Shown in pieces: positions 45,068-54,692 of a stretch of DNA of 64,000 bases. The translations under genes were made by a program, and so were the position numbers. Within the stretch, counting starts at the first letter, position 1. Every line of letters begins with the position of its first letter. A model generated the notes under the pieces. That model was not told the origin of the DNA. It did no database searches and saw only the letters and a program-made list of their open reading frames with translations. This stretch comes from Porphyromonas sp. (lineage in GTDB: Bacteria > Bacteroidota > Bacteroidia > Bacteroidales > Porphyromonadaceae): NCBI GenBank assembly GCA_030532365.1, contig JAUNLH010000002.1, positions 22,656-86,655 of the forward strand, read 5' to 3'.

Positions 45068-46384
45068 ATGAGTAAGAAAAGAATCTTTATCTGCCTTTTT
45101 ATCGCTTTAATGGCATGCAGTACACTTTTTGGTCAAACCGGATACACCCCCTCTCCGTGTAATCTGGAGGCTCGAGAGAGATTTGAGGAGAGTCGATTTG
45201 GTATCTTTATCCACTGGGGCTTATACAGTATGTTTGCCCAAGGAGAGTGGTACCTCAATAACAAAATTAACAAAGATGAGTACGCCAAGGCGGCTTCTGC
45301 TTTTTACCCGACACTCTTTGATGCAGAGGAGTGGGTCAGAGCCATTAAGCGGTCAGGTGCTAAGTATGTGACTTTTACCACCAGGCACCATGATGGTTTC
45401 TCGATGTACCACACCGAGACCAGTGACTACAATATCGTGGATGCTACGCCCTTTGGGCGTGATGTGCTCGCTGAACTTGCAGATGCGTGTCGGGAGGAGG
45501 GCCTCAAGCTGCATCTTTATTACTCAATCTTGGATTGGATCCGCCCAGACTATCCTGTAGGTCGGACGGGATTGCATACCGGACGTGTGCCGGCTCCGGA
45601 CTATGACTCCTACTTTGACTTTATGAAAACTCAGATGCACGAGCTTCTGACCGGATATGGTGACATTGATGCGGTTTGGCTCGACGGCTATTGGGATCAC
45701 GATAGTGACTCGATCCCATTTGACTGGCGGATGGAGGAGTTCTATGACTACATCCATGAGTTGCAACCGTGTTGCCTGATTGGTAATAACCATCATATCG
45801 CACCGTTGGAAGGAGAGGACTTTCAGATGTTTGAGCGGGACCTGCCGGGGGAGAATACTGCCGGACTCTCAGGGCAGGAGATAAGCCGGCTCCCACTGGA
45901 GATGTGCCAGACGATGAATGGGATGTGGGGATACAAGATTGCTGACCTTAACTATAAGAGTACTGCTGACTTGATAAAGCTTTTGGTGCGTGCCGCCTCC
46001 AAGGGCAGCAATTTGTTACTTAATATAGGACCGCAGGCCAATGGAGAGTTGCCAGCGCAGGCAATCGAACGATTGAATGGCATAGGAGAGTGGATGGACG
46101 TGTATGGGGAGACGATCTATGGCTCCAAGGCTGGGCTTGTGGAGCAGCAATCTTGGGGTGTCTCCACGACAAAGGGAGATAAGCTCTTTCTCCATGTCTT
46201 GGAGGATGTAGAGCGGATTACCGTTACTTTGCCTCGTAAGCCTATTCGTGTCGTAGATTATATTACAGGTCAACCGATCCCTTGTCGTCAGCTAAATGGA
46301 GGAGTAGTGCAGATGGAGATTCATCGTCCAGCAGGTACGGTAGATTACGTGGTAGAGGTAGAGTTTGCTGCCACCACCGAATAG
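45068..46384 (+). CDS. Alpha-L-fucosidase, glycoside hydrolase family 29
   Basis: I prefer the ATG at 45068, which gives a signal peptide (IFICLFIALMACSTLFGQ). GH29 blocks are present: RFGIFIHWGLYS, AKYVTFTTRHHDGFSMY and VWLDGYW. Confidence 0.9.
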   Translation: MSKKRIFICLFIALMACSTLFGQTGYTPSPCNLEARERFEESRFGIFIHWGLYSMFAQGEWYLNNKINKDEYAKAASAFYPTLFDAEEWVRAIKRSGAKYVTFTTRHHDGFSMYHTETSDYNIVDATPFGRDVLAELADACREEGLKLHLYYSILDWIRPDYPVGRTGLHTGRVPAPDYDSYFDFMKTQMHELLTGYGDIDAVWLDGYWDHDSDSIPFDWRMEEFYDYIHELQPCCLIGNNHHIAPLEGEDFQMFERDLPGENTAGLSGQEISRLPLEMCQTMNGMWGYKIADLNYKSTADLIKLLVRAASKGSNLLLNIGPQANGELPAQAIERLNGIGEWMDVYGETIYGSKAGLVEQQSWGVSTTKGDKLFLHVLEDVERITVTLPRKPIRVVDYITGQPIPCRQLNGGVVQMEIHRPAGTVDYVVEVEFAATTE

Positions 46385-46412
46385 CATTGATCCACTCCCA
46401 GAAGGTTTCGTG

Positions 46413-46756
46413 ATGGTACGACATCCGACCTGCGTCGGAGTCGGTATTTTCATTCATCGGTTTTGTACCAGGGTGGCGCTCAGACTCGTTGCGTCTTCGC
46501 TTATCCTCCCCTAGGCTCTTCGATCCCGCGGAGGGCGGGATCATTATTGCCCCGGCTCCTCGTAGGTGTGCTTATGGTACGTACTCGTCGTCATCCGGGA
46601 TCAATGGCGGATGTTTGGGTGTTCGCTGTAAGTGAACAACCCTGCGGACTCGCAGGGTTGCAGATCTTAGCGAAGGGTAAGAGGCGAAGCCTCGCCGCCC
46701 TGGTATAAGGGTGGCGACCCTCACCCGACTCCGACATAGGTCGGACGTCGCACCAT
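46413..46756. other. Unclassified 344-bp GC-rich, hairpin-dense element bounded by 32-bp inverted hairpin modules (candidate structured ncRNA or non-autonomous mobile element)
   Basis: The left end at 46413-46444, ATGGTACGACATCCGACCTGCGTCGGAGTCGG, matches the reverse complement of 46725-46756, ATGGTGCGACGTCCGACCTATGTCGGAGTCGG. Internal stem-loops lie at 46522-46542, 46592-46613, 46621-46637, 46638-46659 and 46681-46693. A 13-bp long-range helix pairs 46466-46478 with 46693-46705. The two ORF-track ORFs here have junk-like composition. Confidence 0.6.
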
Positions 46757-47547
46757 TACTGTTTAGCCTGCTTTTTCTTGAGTTCGATCAGCTTATTGAG
46801 CTTCTCACTCTCCTTTGCAAGCTTATAACCGAGCTTGTATAGTTTGGGTGCTTGTTTGTGGTCGTAGATGCTGAACTTAGAAAACTTAGGGCTGTCGATG
46901 AGTATATCGCAGGCGTAGTTGTCGTAGATGACATTTTCTTTGCTGATGAGGTTCCAACAGCGGAGCCCGATGTTCTTGATGTTCATGTCGTACTGATCCG
47001 CTATTTTAGAGCCGATATTGACACCGATCAGGATGTCGCAATAGTCTCGAATCGTGGTGACGGGGAAGTTTTTGTACAGCCCTCCATCGACAAAGTAGTG
47101 GTCGTCGATCTTGACTGGGGCAAAGACGATCGGCAGGGTGCAGGATGCCAAGACGGTCAGAGCCGCGGACCCAGACTCAAAGACGCGGGTACGACCGAGA
47201 TCGAGGTCTGTGGCAACGACCTTGACGGGGATACGACTATCCTCGAGGTCTGCATCGCCGAAGAACTCCTTTAATGCCTTTTGTAGAAATGATGATGAGA
47301 CGAGTCCTCCGTCGTTGCGCTTCGTGATGAGTTCGAGCTTCCGCGGATCTACCTGTGAAAAGAAATCGTAGATCTCCTCTGCAGTATGTCCCATGGCATA
47401 GGCGGCAGCAACGATGGAGCCAGCACTTGTGCCCGAGACGATGTCGGGGTGGATGCCATTTTCCTCCAAGTACTTCAATACGCCCACATGGGCAAAGCCC
47501 CTAGCACCACCGCCACCGAGTGCCAAACCAATTTTGCTATACTTCAT
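46756..47547 (-). CDS. Patatin-like phospholipase
   Basis: 263 aa with the oxyanion GGGxRG motif (LGGGGARGFAHVG), the nucleophile GxSxG (GTSAGS) and the catalytic DGG (VDGGLY). Confidence 0.88.
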   Translation of the reverse strand: MKYSKIGLALGGGGARGFAHVGVLKYLEENGIHPDIVSGTSAGSIVAAAYAMGHTAEEIYDFFSQVDPRKLELITKRNDGGLVSSSFLQKALKEFFGDADLEDSRIPVKVVATDLDLGRTRVFESGSAALTVLASCTLPIVFAPVKIDDHYFVDGGLYKNFPVTTIRDYCDILIGVNIGSKIADQYDMNIKNIGLRCWNLISKENVIYDNYACDILIDSPKFSKFSIYDHKQAPKLYKLGYKLAKESEKLNKLIELKKKQAKQ

Positions 47548-47642
47548 CTTTATACCCTCTTAGATGTTTTGAGAGCCGGCTCTCCATGGTATATAGGAAA
47601 GGCCGGCTCTCGATATTATGGTTTTATGATCCGGTCGTCTCC

Positions 47643-48092
47643 TTAGAAGGCTAGGAAGGTCATGATGGCGACAAGTAGGGCAAGGATGGCGTACAGCTCA
47701 GGGAAGACTGCCATCACCATGGTAGAGGCGAAGACGTTGTGCCCGTCGGCTGTTGCTGCGATACCATTGGAGAGGATCTTGCTCTGTAGTATGGCAGTAC
47801 CAAGTCCTACAATACCGAGGAGGAGACCACAAAGCAGGATGGCCACAGCTACCTGAAAGCTCATCTCCGGTCCGATCAGTGGGCTAGCCAAGAAGTAGCC
47901 GATGAAGCCGTAGAGCCCCTGCGATGAGGGGAGGGCTGAGAGTCCGATGTACTGCCCCATGCGGCTAGGGTCTTTGCGCATAGCACCCACAACGGTCCTA
48001 CCACATGCGGTAAGCCCTTTTGCACTGCCGTAACCGGAGAGTCCTACCATCAGAAGAATGCCTGCGTAAGCTAAAAATAAGTTTAGTTCCAT
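47643..48092 (-). CDS. V-type ATPase subunit K (proteolipid c-ring subunit)
   Basis: 149 aa with four TM helices and a single conserved carboxylate in the last helix (VFPELYAIL). It is the last gene of the V-ATPase operon. Confidence 0.85.
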   Translation of the reverse strand: MELNLFLAYAGILLMVGLSGYGSAKGLTACGRTVVGAMRKDPSRMGQYIGLSALPSSQGLYGFIGYFLASPLIGPEMSFQVAVAILLCGLLLGIVGLGTAILQSKILSNGIAATADGHNVFASTMVMAVFPELYAILALLVAIMTFLAF

Positions 48093-48140
48093 AAGTTTTC
48101 TATTCTTTGCACAATCTATTGTTGTTATTTATTTCGTTGT

Positions 48141-50003
48141 TTATTCTGTCTCTGTCTTGAGCTCGCGTAGCGGATTGTATGCCTCACCGCCACCCTCGTA
48201 TGCTGAGTTATTGAAGTACTCGACATAGATGAGACGGATCGGGTGTACCAATGCTCCAATCGTGGTGAGACCAAAGTTGATCCCATGCCCTAGCAGTAGG
48301 ATGATCGCTCCTATTGGTATGGCGATGAAGATATTTAAATCGGAAGTCACCATCATGGCAAGGTTGTTGAACACCTGCCCGAGTACTGCACCGGTGAGAC
48401 CGATGGCAAATAGTCGGATGTAGGATAGGACATCACCAATGAGCCCTGAGGCGTTGTTGTAGGTCTCCCAAAGAGCGATCCCAACGTTTAGGAAGATATT
48501 CTTGCCTGGAGAGTTGTAGAAAAGGATCAGTAGAACGCTTAAGCCAACTACTCCGTATAGCACATATTCGACCCACTTGGGTATGGTGATCTGTGCCATA
48601 GGAAGTATGAACATAAGCCCAGCCAGTAGTATGACTGTCGGCCAAGCATACTCGGAGAGTGCATGGCGTAGACCCTTCTGTTTTTGCTTTTTGTAGGCGG
48701 CTACATACTTGCCAAAGATGACATGGATGAATCCTATTGCTACGGAGATCACCATCATATTCTCGGATGAGATGAAGTACTCTCTGATAGCTGCAAGCCA
48801 CTCTACCTTTACCAGCTCAATACCGAAGAACGACCCTGAGAAGAAGCCGATGACAAACCCGGAGAGTCCTAACCACTGCCCCAGCTCGAGGAGCGGCTTG
48901 GTGCTCTCCTTGGCCTTGGGTTTCATGAAGGTGCTGGCGAGGAGTAGCAATAGCCCGTATCCGGCATCGCCGAAGCAGATACCGAAGAAGAGTAGGAAGA
49001 ATGGAGCTACCAGCGGTGTGGGGTCGATCTCGTAGTAATTGGGCAGTGAGAACATCTCCACCAACGGCTGGAATACTCGTGCAAAACGACTATTCGTGAG
49101 CTTGATGGGTGGCTGCTCTTGATCCTCTACAAAATCGAGCTCTACATACGCATAGCCTGCCTGGCTCAGTGCTAGCTCCATAGATGAAGCTTGGCTCTCG
49201 GGTACCCAGCCCTCTAGGATCACCAGTTTATCCTCAAAGAGTCGATCGCCCTGGAAGTTGGCGTACTCGAAGTTGAACTCGTTTTCGAGCCTTATCAGCT
49301 CCTCCTCTGCAGGATGTGGATGATAGGCAAGGTATACTAAGGTCTCATGGAGTGCCTGGAGCCTCCCTTCGATGGTTGTCTGCTCCACCTCAAGCATGCT
49401 TTTGCTGCGGGTTGGTAACTTCAGCAGATCGGCATTGGGTAGACCAGTAGGTACCTTATTGGTGTCTAGGGTAACAAAATACAGAAACCTCCCCTCATCG
49501 TTGATCGGAACTGCGCTTTGGCTTTCCTCCCATTCGGGGTTGTACTGTTGCTTAGGTATCTTCCAGAAGTGGAGGTGCTGTCCGGACTGCTCTAGCTTGG
49601 TAATGAGTGCAGGGTCAAAGTCACCCCAGGGCTCTAGCTCTTGTAGGTCAGCCTTGACAGCCGAGAGGGCTCGCTCCTCTGCTGCTACCTTCTCATCCAG
49701 CTCTGTGATGGTTTGTAGGTAGTCCGAGTAGTTGCTCGGCAGTCCACCCGACAGCTCTGTATGTGGCAGAGTATCAGGGTCTTGATCTTCCTCTAACTTG
49801 TGGTTGGAGCGTAGACGTGCTAGTCGTGTGAGAAGGGCATTGACCTCAGACTGGTCGATCGAATTTTGTTGAAACCGTGCTACCTCTTTGGTGCTGGTGC
49901 GCTCCTTGACGTGGATGACACCAAGATCTCTAGCGAGGACCAGGAAGTTGTGGTACTCAGGCTCAAAGAGGAAGTAGGAGTATTTCTTCATCGGTTCAAT
50001 CAT
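48141..50003 (-). CDS. V-type ATPase subunit I (a-subunit, stator/ion channel)
   Basis: 620 aa with an N-terminal cytoplasmic coiled region and a C-terminal multi-TM domain. The conserved Arg lies in SYIRLFAIGL. Its start overlaps the subunit D stop in an ATGA arrangement. Confidence 0.85.
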   Translation of the reverse strand: MIEPMKKYSYFLFEPEYHNFLVLARDLGVIHVKERTSTKEVARFQQNSIDQSEVNALLTRLARLRSNHKLEEDQDPDTLPHTELSGGLPSNYSDYLQTITELDEKVAAEERALSAVKADLQELEPWGDFDPALITKLEQSGQHLHFWKIPKQQYNPEWEESQSAVPINDEGRFLYFVTLDTNKVPTGLPNADLLKLPTRSKSMLEVEQTTIEGRLQALHETLVYLAYHPHPAEEELIRLENEFNFEYANFQGDRLFEDKLVILEGWVPESQASSMELALSQAGYAYVELDFVEDQEQPPIKLTNSRFARVFQPLVEMFSLPNYYEIDPTPLVAPFFLLFFGICFGDAGYGLLLLLASTFMKPKAKESTKPLLELGQWLGLSGFVIGFFSGSFFGIELVKVEWLAAIREYFISSENMMVISVAIGFIHVIFGKYVAAYKKQKQKGLRHALSEYAWPTVILLAGLMFILPMAQITIPKWVEYVLYGVVGLSVLLILFYNSPGKNIFLNVGIALWETYNNASGLIGDVLSYIRLFAIGLTGAVLGQVFNNLAMMVTSDLNIFIAIPIGAIILLLGHGINFGLTTIGALVHPIRLIYVEYFNNSAYEGGGEAYNPLRELKTETE

Positions 50004-50620
50004 AGTTGGAACTCCTCCTTTCTCTTCTTGTCGCGCTCTTCGAGGTTGGATCGCATGATCTTCTGAGAAGCCTTTGATAGAGCTTCCTCATCCTCAAGAT
50101 ATCGCTTGATCTTACGGATAGCATCTTGGTATCCTGGTATCTGTACTTTCTCGAATAGGTTGACCTTTTGGGTTGTTTTCCTACGTGCATGCTCGAGGAC
50201 ATCGAGCTTGAGGCGTCCTACCTCTGCACGTATGCCGACAGTTACCATCTCCTTTAGGATCTGGGTGCCCTCCATGAGCCAGGTAGGGTTGTTCATAAGG
50301 CTGAAGGGAGCCACCTCGAAGTCTACCTGCTCTAGCTCGGGGATGCGGATGCCAGCGATATTGTGCATCCGGAGGTGTACATCACCTACACGGATGAGAC
50401 TAGTGTCGAATTCGCCCCATAACGCTTCGGTGCTGCCAAAGTTGGCAAGGCTCTCTTCGAGCTGTTGCTCCAGAGCTTCGACCTCACCCTTGGTACGCTT
50501 GACCTCCATCCTGAGTGCGCTCTCCTTACTCTTGATCGTAGGGAGCATGCGCACACGAGATTTAAGGTTTCTCTCCTGCTGGTGTAGCGAAGTCTTATTA
50601 TACTGAAACTTTATAGCCAT
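50000..50620 (-). CDS. V-type ATPase subunit D (central stalk)
   Basis: I prefer the ATG at 50620 (MAIKFQYNKTSL...), 8 nt after the subunit B stop. It is a long helical hairpin protein in the position typical for subunit D. Confidence 0.8.
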   Translation of the reverse strand: MAIKFQYNKTSLHQQERNLKSRVRMLPTIKSKESALRMEVKRTKGEVEALEQQLEESLANFGSTEALWGEFDTSLIRVGDVHLRMHNIAGIRIPELEQVDFEVAPFSLMNNPTWLMEGTQILKEMVTVGIRAEVGRLKLDVLEHARRKTTQKVNLFEKVQIPGYQDAIRKIKRYLEDEEALSKASQKIMRSNLEERDKKRKEEFQL

Positions 50621-50628
50621 GTATGCTC

Positions 50629-51957
50629 CTACTCTACGTCGGAAGGCCAATACTTATCCACCAAGTCTTGACGGATGTTGACCTCAGTCTTAGTGAAGTT
50701 TTCTGCAAAAAGTTGCCAAGCGATGTCGAGCATCTTGGTGGTGTCGACGTTGACATCCACTGCTAGAAGGCGCTCGGCATAACCACGGGCGAAGTTGAGT
50801 GCACGCTGGTCGTAGTCGGTGAGATCAAACCCATTTTCTCGCTTTGTCTGGGCGTTGGCAGCATCGGAGTAGAGACGTACGGAAGCATTCATCACCTGTG
50901 GGTGGTCTTCGCGGGTCTTCTCACCGATGACCAACTGCTTAAGTCGTGAGAGTGAGCGGAATGGGTCGACGATGATCTTATTAACCTCACTCTCGTTGCG
51001 GAGGTATAGCTGACCCTCTGTGATATAACCTGTATTGTCGGGCACGGCGTGCGTGATATCGCCACCAGAAAGAGTAGTCACAGCAATGATTGTGATCGAG
51101 CCTCCGGTGGGTAGCTGTACCGCTTTCTCGTAGATCTTTGCCAGGTCGGAATAAAGCGAACCGGGCATGGAGTCTTTGGATGGGATCTGATCCATCTTAT
51201 TGGAGACGATCGCGAGAGCATCTGCGTAGTTGGACATGTCGGTAAGGAGTACGAGTACTTTCTCGTTTTTCTCCACCGCGAAGTACTCAGCTGCTGTGAG
51301 TGCCATGTCTGGGATGAGCACGCGCTCCACAGATGGATCTTCAGTGGTGTTGATAAAACTGATGATGCGATCGAGTGCTCCTGCGTTGGCAAAGGTGTTG
51401 CGGAAGTAGAGGTAGTCGTCATTTGTCATACCCATGCCGCCGAGGATGATCTTATCGGACTCAGCTCGGAGTGCTACGGTTGCCATCACTTCGTTGTAGG
51501 GCTGACCTGAGTCGGCAAAGAATGGGATCTTCTGCCCTGTGACCAAGGTGTTATTTAGGTCGATACCGGAGATACCGGTAGCGATGAGCTCCGAGGGTTG
51601 CTCGCGTCGTACAGGATTAACCGACGGCCCACCGATCTCTACCTCGGTGCCAATGATCTCTGGACCACCGTCGATGGGATCACCGTATGCATTCATGAAG
51701 CGTCCACTCAGTGCCTCTCCAACCTTCAGAGAAGGAGCATGCCCCAGAAATACTACCTCGGCATCGGTAGGTATCCCCTCAGTGCCCTCGAAGACCTGGA
51801 GTGTCACCTCGTCTTCCTGTATACGAACCACTTGAGCCAGCCTGCCATCGATGGTTGCTAGTTCGTCATAGCCTACACCCTTGGCATTGAGCGTACAGGT
51901 GGCTTTGGTCACCTGTGTAACCTTAGTATATATCTTTTGAAAAGCTTTTGTCTTCAT
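50629..51957 (-). CDS. V-type ATPase subunit B (regulatory)
   Basis: 442 aa, an A/B-ATPase beta-like fold without a canonical P-loop Lys. Conserved blocks include PSVNPVRREQP, GQKIPFFADSG and GSITIIAVTTLSGGDITHAVPD. Confidence 0.9.
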   Translation of the reverse strand: MKTKAFQKIYTKVTQVTKATCTLNAKGVGYDELATIDGRLAQVVRIQEDEVTLQVFEGTEGIPTDAEVVFLGHAPSLKVGEALSGRFMNAYGDPIDGGPEIIGTEVEIGGPSVNPVRREQPSELIATGISGIDLNNTLVTGQKIPFFADSGQPYNEVMATVALRAESDKIILGGMGMTNDDYLYFRNTFANAGALDRIISFINTTEDPSVERVLIPDMALTAAEYFAVEKNEKVLVLLTDMSNYADALAIVSNKMDQIPSKDSMPGSLYSDLAKIYEKAVQLPTGGSITIIAVTTLSGGDITHAVPDNTGYITEGQLYLRNESEVNKIIVDPFRSLSRLKQLVIGEKTREDHPQVMNASVRLYSDAANAQTKRENGFDLTDYDQRALNFARGYAERLLAVDVNVDTTKMLDIAWQLFAENFTKTEVNIRQDLVDKYWPSDVE

Positions 51958-51967
51958 TCTCTACTCC

Positions 51968-53716
51968 TTATGCTGCGTTTATCAAATCCTTGAGCTCTTG
52001 GTGGTATTTCTTGTAGTCGTCACTGTCGAGGACTGAGTAGTTCATCTGCTTCATGACGTTGATAACCTTTTTGAAGAAATCGGAGATCTGGACGAAGTCT
52101 TCAAACTCGAACTCCTTGTCATTGATCTCAATGATCTGCTCGAGGATGATCTTTTGACGCTCAAGTGGTGTCACGGAGTCGACCTCGTCAAAGGCATCTT
52201 GCTGATAGAGGATAAAGTCCATCAGCTCGGACTTCCAAAATACTGTGTGGTACTCTAGTGGCACACCGTCATCACCAAGGATATTGATCTGCTCTGCCAC
52301 CTCCCGGCCTCGTATCATGGTCTGCTTGACCTTCTCTACCATTGGGAGCCACTCTTTGCCCATATTTTCAGAGACATAGGACTGGAACTCAGGGTACTCC
52401 AAGTACTTAGAGTAGCTGTCTATGGGGTTGACAGCAGGGTACCGCTTACGGTCGGCACGATCCTGCTCTAGTGCGTAGAAGCAGCGTGCCACCTTTTGGG
52501 TATTCTCTGTTACCGGCTCCTTGAGGTTACCTCCTGCTGGCGATACTGTACCGATGAAGGTGACGGAACCAGTCTTGCCATCGTCGAGCTGTACGTGGCC
52601 TGCGCGTGCGTAGAAGTTGGCAATGATGGCTGAGAGGTCCATGGGGAAGGCATCAGGTCCGGGCAGCTCTTCAAGTCGGTTGGACATCTCACGTAGAGCT
52701 TGTGCCCAGCGTGATGTGGAGTCTGCCATGAGTAGTACCTTGAGCCCCATGGAGCGGTAGTACTCTGCCATAGTCATAGCGGTGTAGACGGATGCCTCAC
52801 GTGCCGCTACTGGCATATTGGAGGTATTGGCAACGATGATCGTACGCTCGATCAGCTTGCGACCGGTATGCGGGTCGATCAGTTCGGGGAACTCCTTGAA
52901 GATCTCTACCACCTCATTGGCACGCTCACCGCAGGCTGCCATGACTACGATGTCGGCCTCTGCCTGTTTAGAGATGGCGTGCTGTAGTACGGTCTTACCA
53001 GTACCGAACGCACCAGGGATGAAGCCGGTACCACCCTCGAGGATTGGGTTCATGGTGTCGATCACTCGCACTCCGGTCTCTAGGATCTTATGTGGGCGTG
53101 GCTTCTCAACGTATGCCTTGATGGCTTTCTTTACGGGCCACCTCTGTACCATAGTCACATCGTGGGTATTGCCAGAGACGTCCTCCAGTGTAGCTATAGT
53201 GTGGTCTACATTGTATTGCCCCTCGGTGACGATAGACTTGATCGTGTAGTTGCCTTCGAATGTAAAGGGAACCATGATGCGGTGCGGCTGGTGGTTCTCC
53301 TCTACTTCGCCCAGCCATGAGCCTGCCTTGACGGTATCGCCCACCTTGGCTAGTGGGGTGAAGTCCCAAAGGCGCTCCCTATCGAGGGGATCTGTGTACT
53401 GCCCTCTGCGGAGGAATACACCCTCCATTGCATCTAGGTCGTTTTGTAGTCCGTCGTAGTTCTTTGAGAGCATGCCTGGGCCTAACTGTATCTCCAGCAT
53501 GTGCCCCTCAAAGGTTGCCTTGTCGCCGACTTTCATGCCACGGGTGCTCTCGAATACCTGTACGACCGCCTCGTCGCCGACGAGTTTGATCACCTCAGCC
53601 ATGAGTTCTTGCCCTTCTGTCGTGATGAAGCAGATCTCATTTTGTGCCGCGGGGCCATCTATCCGGATGGTCACAAGGTTGGAGACGATGCCTATCACTC
53701 TGCCAGTTGTTTTCAT
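51968..53716 (-). CDS. V-type ATPase subunit A (catalytic)
   Basis: 582 aa with Walker A GAFGTGKT and Walker B LLMADSTSRWAQALRE. The non-homologous insert typical of A subunits is present. Confidence 0.92.
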   Translation of the reverse strand: MKTTGRVIGIVSNLVTIRIDGPAAQNEICFITTEGQELMAEVIKLVGDEAVVQVFESTRGMKVGDKATFEGHMLEIQLGPGMLSKNYDGLQNDLDAMEGVFLRRGQYTDPLDRERLWDFTPLAKVGDTVKAGSWLGEVEENHQPHRIMVPFTFEGNYTIKSIVTEGQYNVDHTIATLEDVSGNTHDVTMVQRWPVKKAIKAYVEKPRPHKILETGVRVIDTMNPILEGGTGFIPGAFGTGKTVLQHAISKQAEADIVVMAACGERANEVVEIFKEFPELIDPHTGRKLIERTIIVANTSNMPVAAREASVYTAMTMAEYYRSMGLKVLLMADSTSRWAQALREMSNRLEELPGPDAFPMDLSAIIANFYARAGHVQLDDGKTGSVTFIGTVSPAGGNLKEPVTENTQKVARCFYALEQDRADRKRYPAVNPIDSYSKYLEYPEFQSYVSENMGKEWLPMVEKVKQTMIRGREVAEQINILGDDGVPLEYHTVFWKSELMDFILYQQDAFDEVDSVTPLERQKIILEQIIEINDKEFEFEDFVQISDFFKKVINVMKQMNYSVLDSDDYKKYHQELKDLINAA

Positions 53717-54675
53717 ATATATTGCTTTTTTTGTCCTAAACTACTTCTCTTAAGAGCACCACTTTGCTCCGCCATGCGGCGATACTCATTTAACTCCTCT
53801 CTCCCCTCCTCATTGAGGTTGTTGATGATCTCTCTGAATGCCTCAGCACCCTGCTCTCTGTCTAGCTTCTTCCAGCGGTTAAGGATCACAAGGCGTAGGT
53901 AATAGGCGATCATGGCATTGATGGAAGCAAAGTCTGCAAAGGTGAATGAATCCAGAAGTCGCCACTTGAGGGCGTCTATCTTCATCTCTCGCTTCTTTAG
54001 GTCTTGCTCCTCGGATATCTGTAGTATCTCTGCTACTACGTCTGCATCCTTGAGATAACTCAGTTCTTTCCACTCGCCGCTACGTAGGAGCTGGAGTAGT
54101 TCGCTCTCTCCAATGAGATAGAGCTTAGCGTCGAGGTCAAAGTCTCGGACAACTATCGCAGCAAATATAGCAGCTATGGATCTCTCGAGCTTGCTCCAGA
54201 GCTTTATCAGATGACTCCCCTCGTCTTGAAGATAAGTAAAGTAGCGGTCTGCCAGGTGGTCAGCTGCGAAGCCCTCTTTTTGCCTTTCTTCTGGAGTCAA
54301 TTGCAGAAAATGACGGACATAGTCGACCATATACTTTGGGTACGCTTTGAGGTCTAGGGCCTCTCGGTCGTAGGGGACAGGCATCCAGGGGTCGAGCTTC
54401 GCCTCCTCTCCCATCCACTTTACCAGCGTTGCTAGCTTCTCTCGGTTTAATGCGAGTAGCTCTGGCGAGACTTCTGGGAGAGGGCGCTCCTCAAGCATGC
54501 GAGCTAGGAGATCGTTGTCTCGCTCAAGGCGTATAAGGTCTAGTTGTCGCTTGTCGCGCTTGTCTAGGAGTGGTAGGAGTAGATGTATAAACTCCTCGGG
54601 AGTGTATAGGTGTGCCGTCTGATTCTCCAATGAGAGAGCGGGCAACGCCGCACCTAAGGTGTAGTACTGTGCCAT
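53713..54675 (-). CDS. DUF2764-like protein occupying the V-ATPase subunit C position
   Basis: 320 aa and all-helical. It is coupled by an ATGA overlap to subunit A and sits between E and A, as in Bacteroidota V-ATPase operons as I recall. No motif-level proof. Confidence 0.55.
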   Translation of the reverse strand: MAQYYTLGAALPALSLENQTAHLYTPEEFIHLLLPLLDKRDKRQLDLIRLERDNDLLARMLEERPLPEVSPELLALNREKLATLVKWMGEEAKLDPWMPVPYDREALDLKAYPKYMVDYVRHFLQLTPEERQKEGFAADHLADRYFTYLQDEGSHLIKLWSKLERSIAAIFAAIVVRDFDLDAKLYLIGESELLQLLRSGEWKELSYLKDADVVAEILQISEEQDLKKREMKIDALKWRLLDSFTFADFASINAMIAYYLRLVILNRWKKLDREQGAEAFREIINNLNEEGREELNEYRRMAEQSGALKRSSLGQKKQYI

Positions 54676-54692
54676 CTCGTTACCCTTTTGTA

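Noticed and set aside
46413-46756. Is the 344-nt structured element tmRNA or RNase P RNA? The size is right.
   Set aside because: Neither strand contains the RNase P GGAAAGTCC (P4) block. Neither contains a tmRNA tag reading frame ending in GCTGCTTAA-type codons, a GGTTCGA T-loop, or a proper acceptor stem followed by CCA. Confirmation still needs an Rfam scan.
46413-46756. Is this a Bacteroidales-style invertible promoter (inverton) flanked by inverted repeats?
   Set aside because: It lies between the 3' ends of two convergent genes, so flipping would not switch a downstream gene. The interior is GC-rich and has no TAnnTTTG box on either strand. No recombinase gene is nearby.
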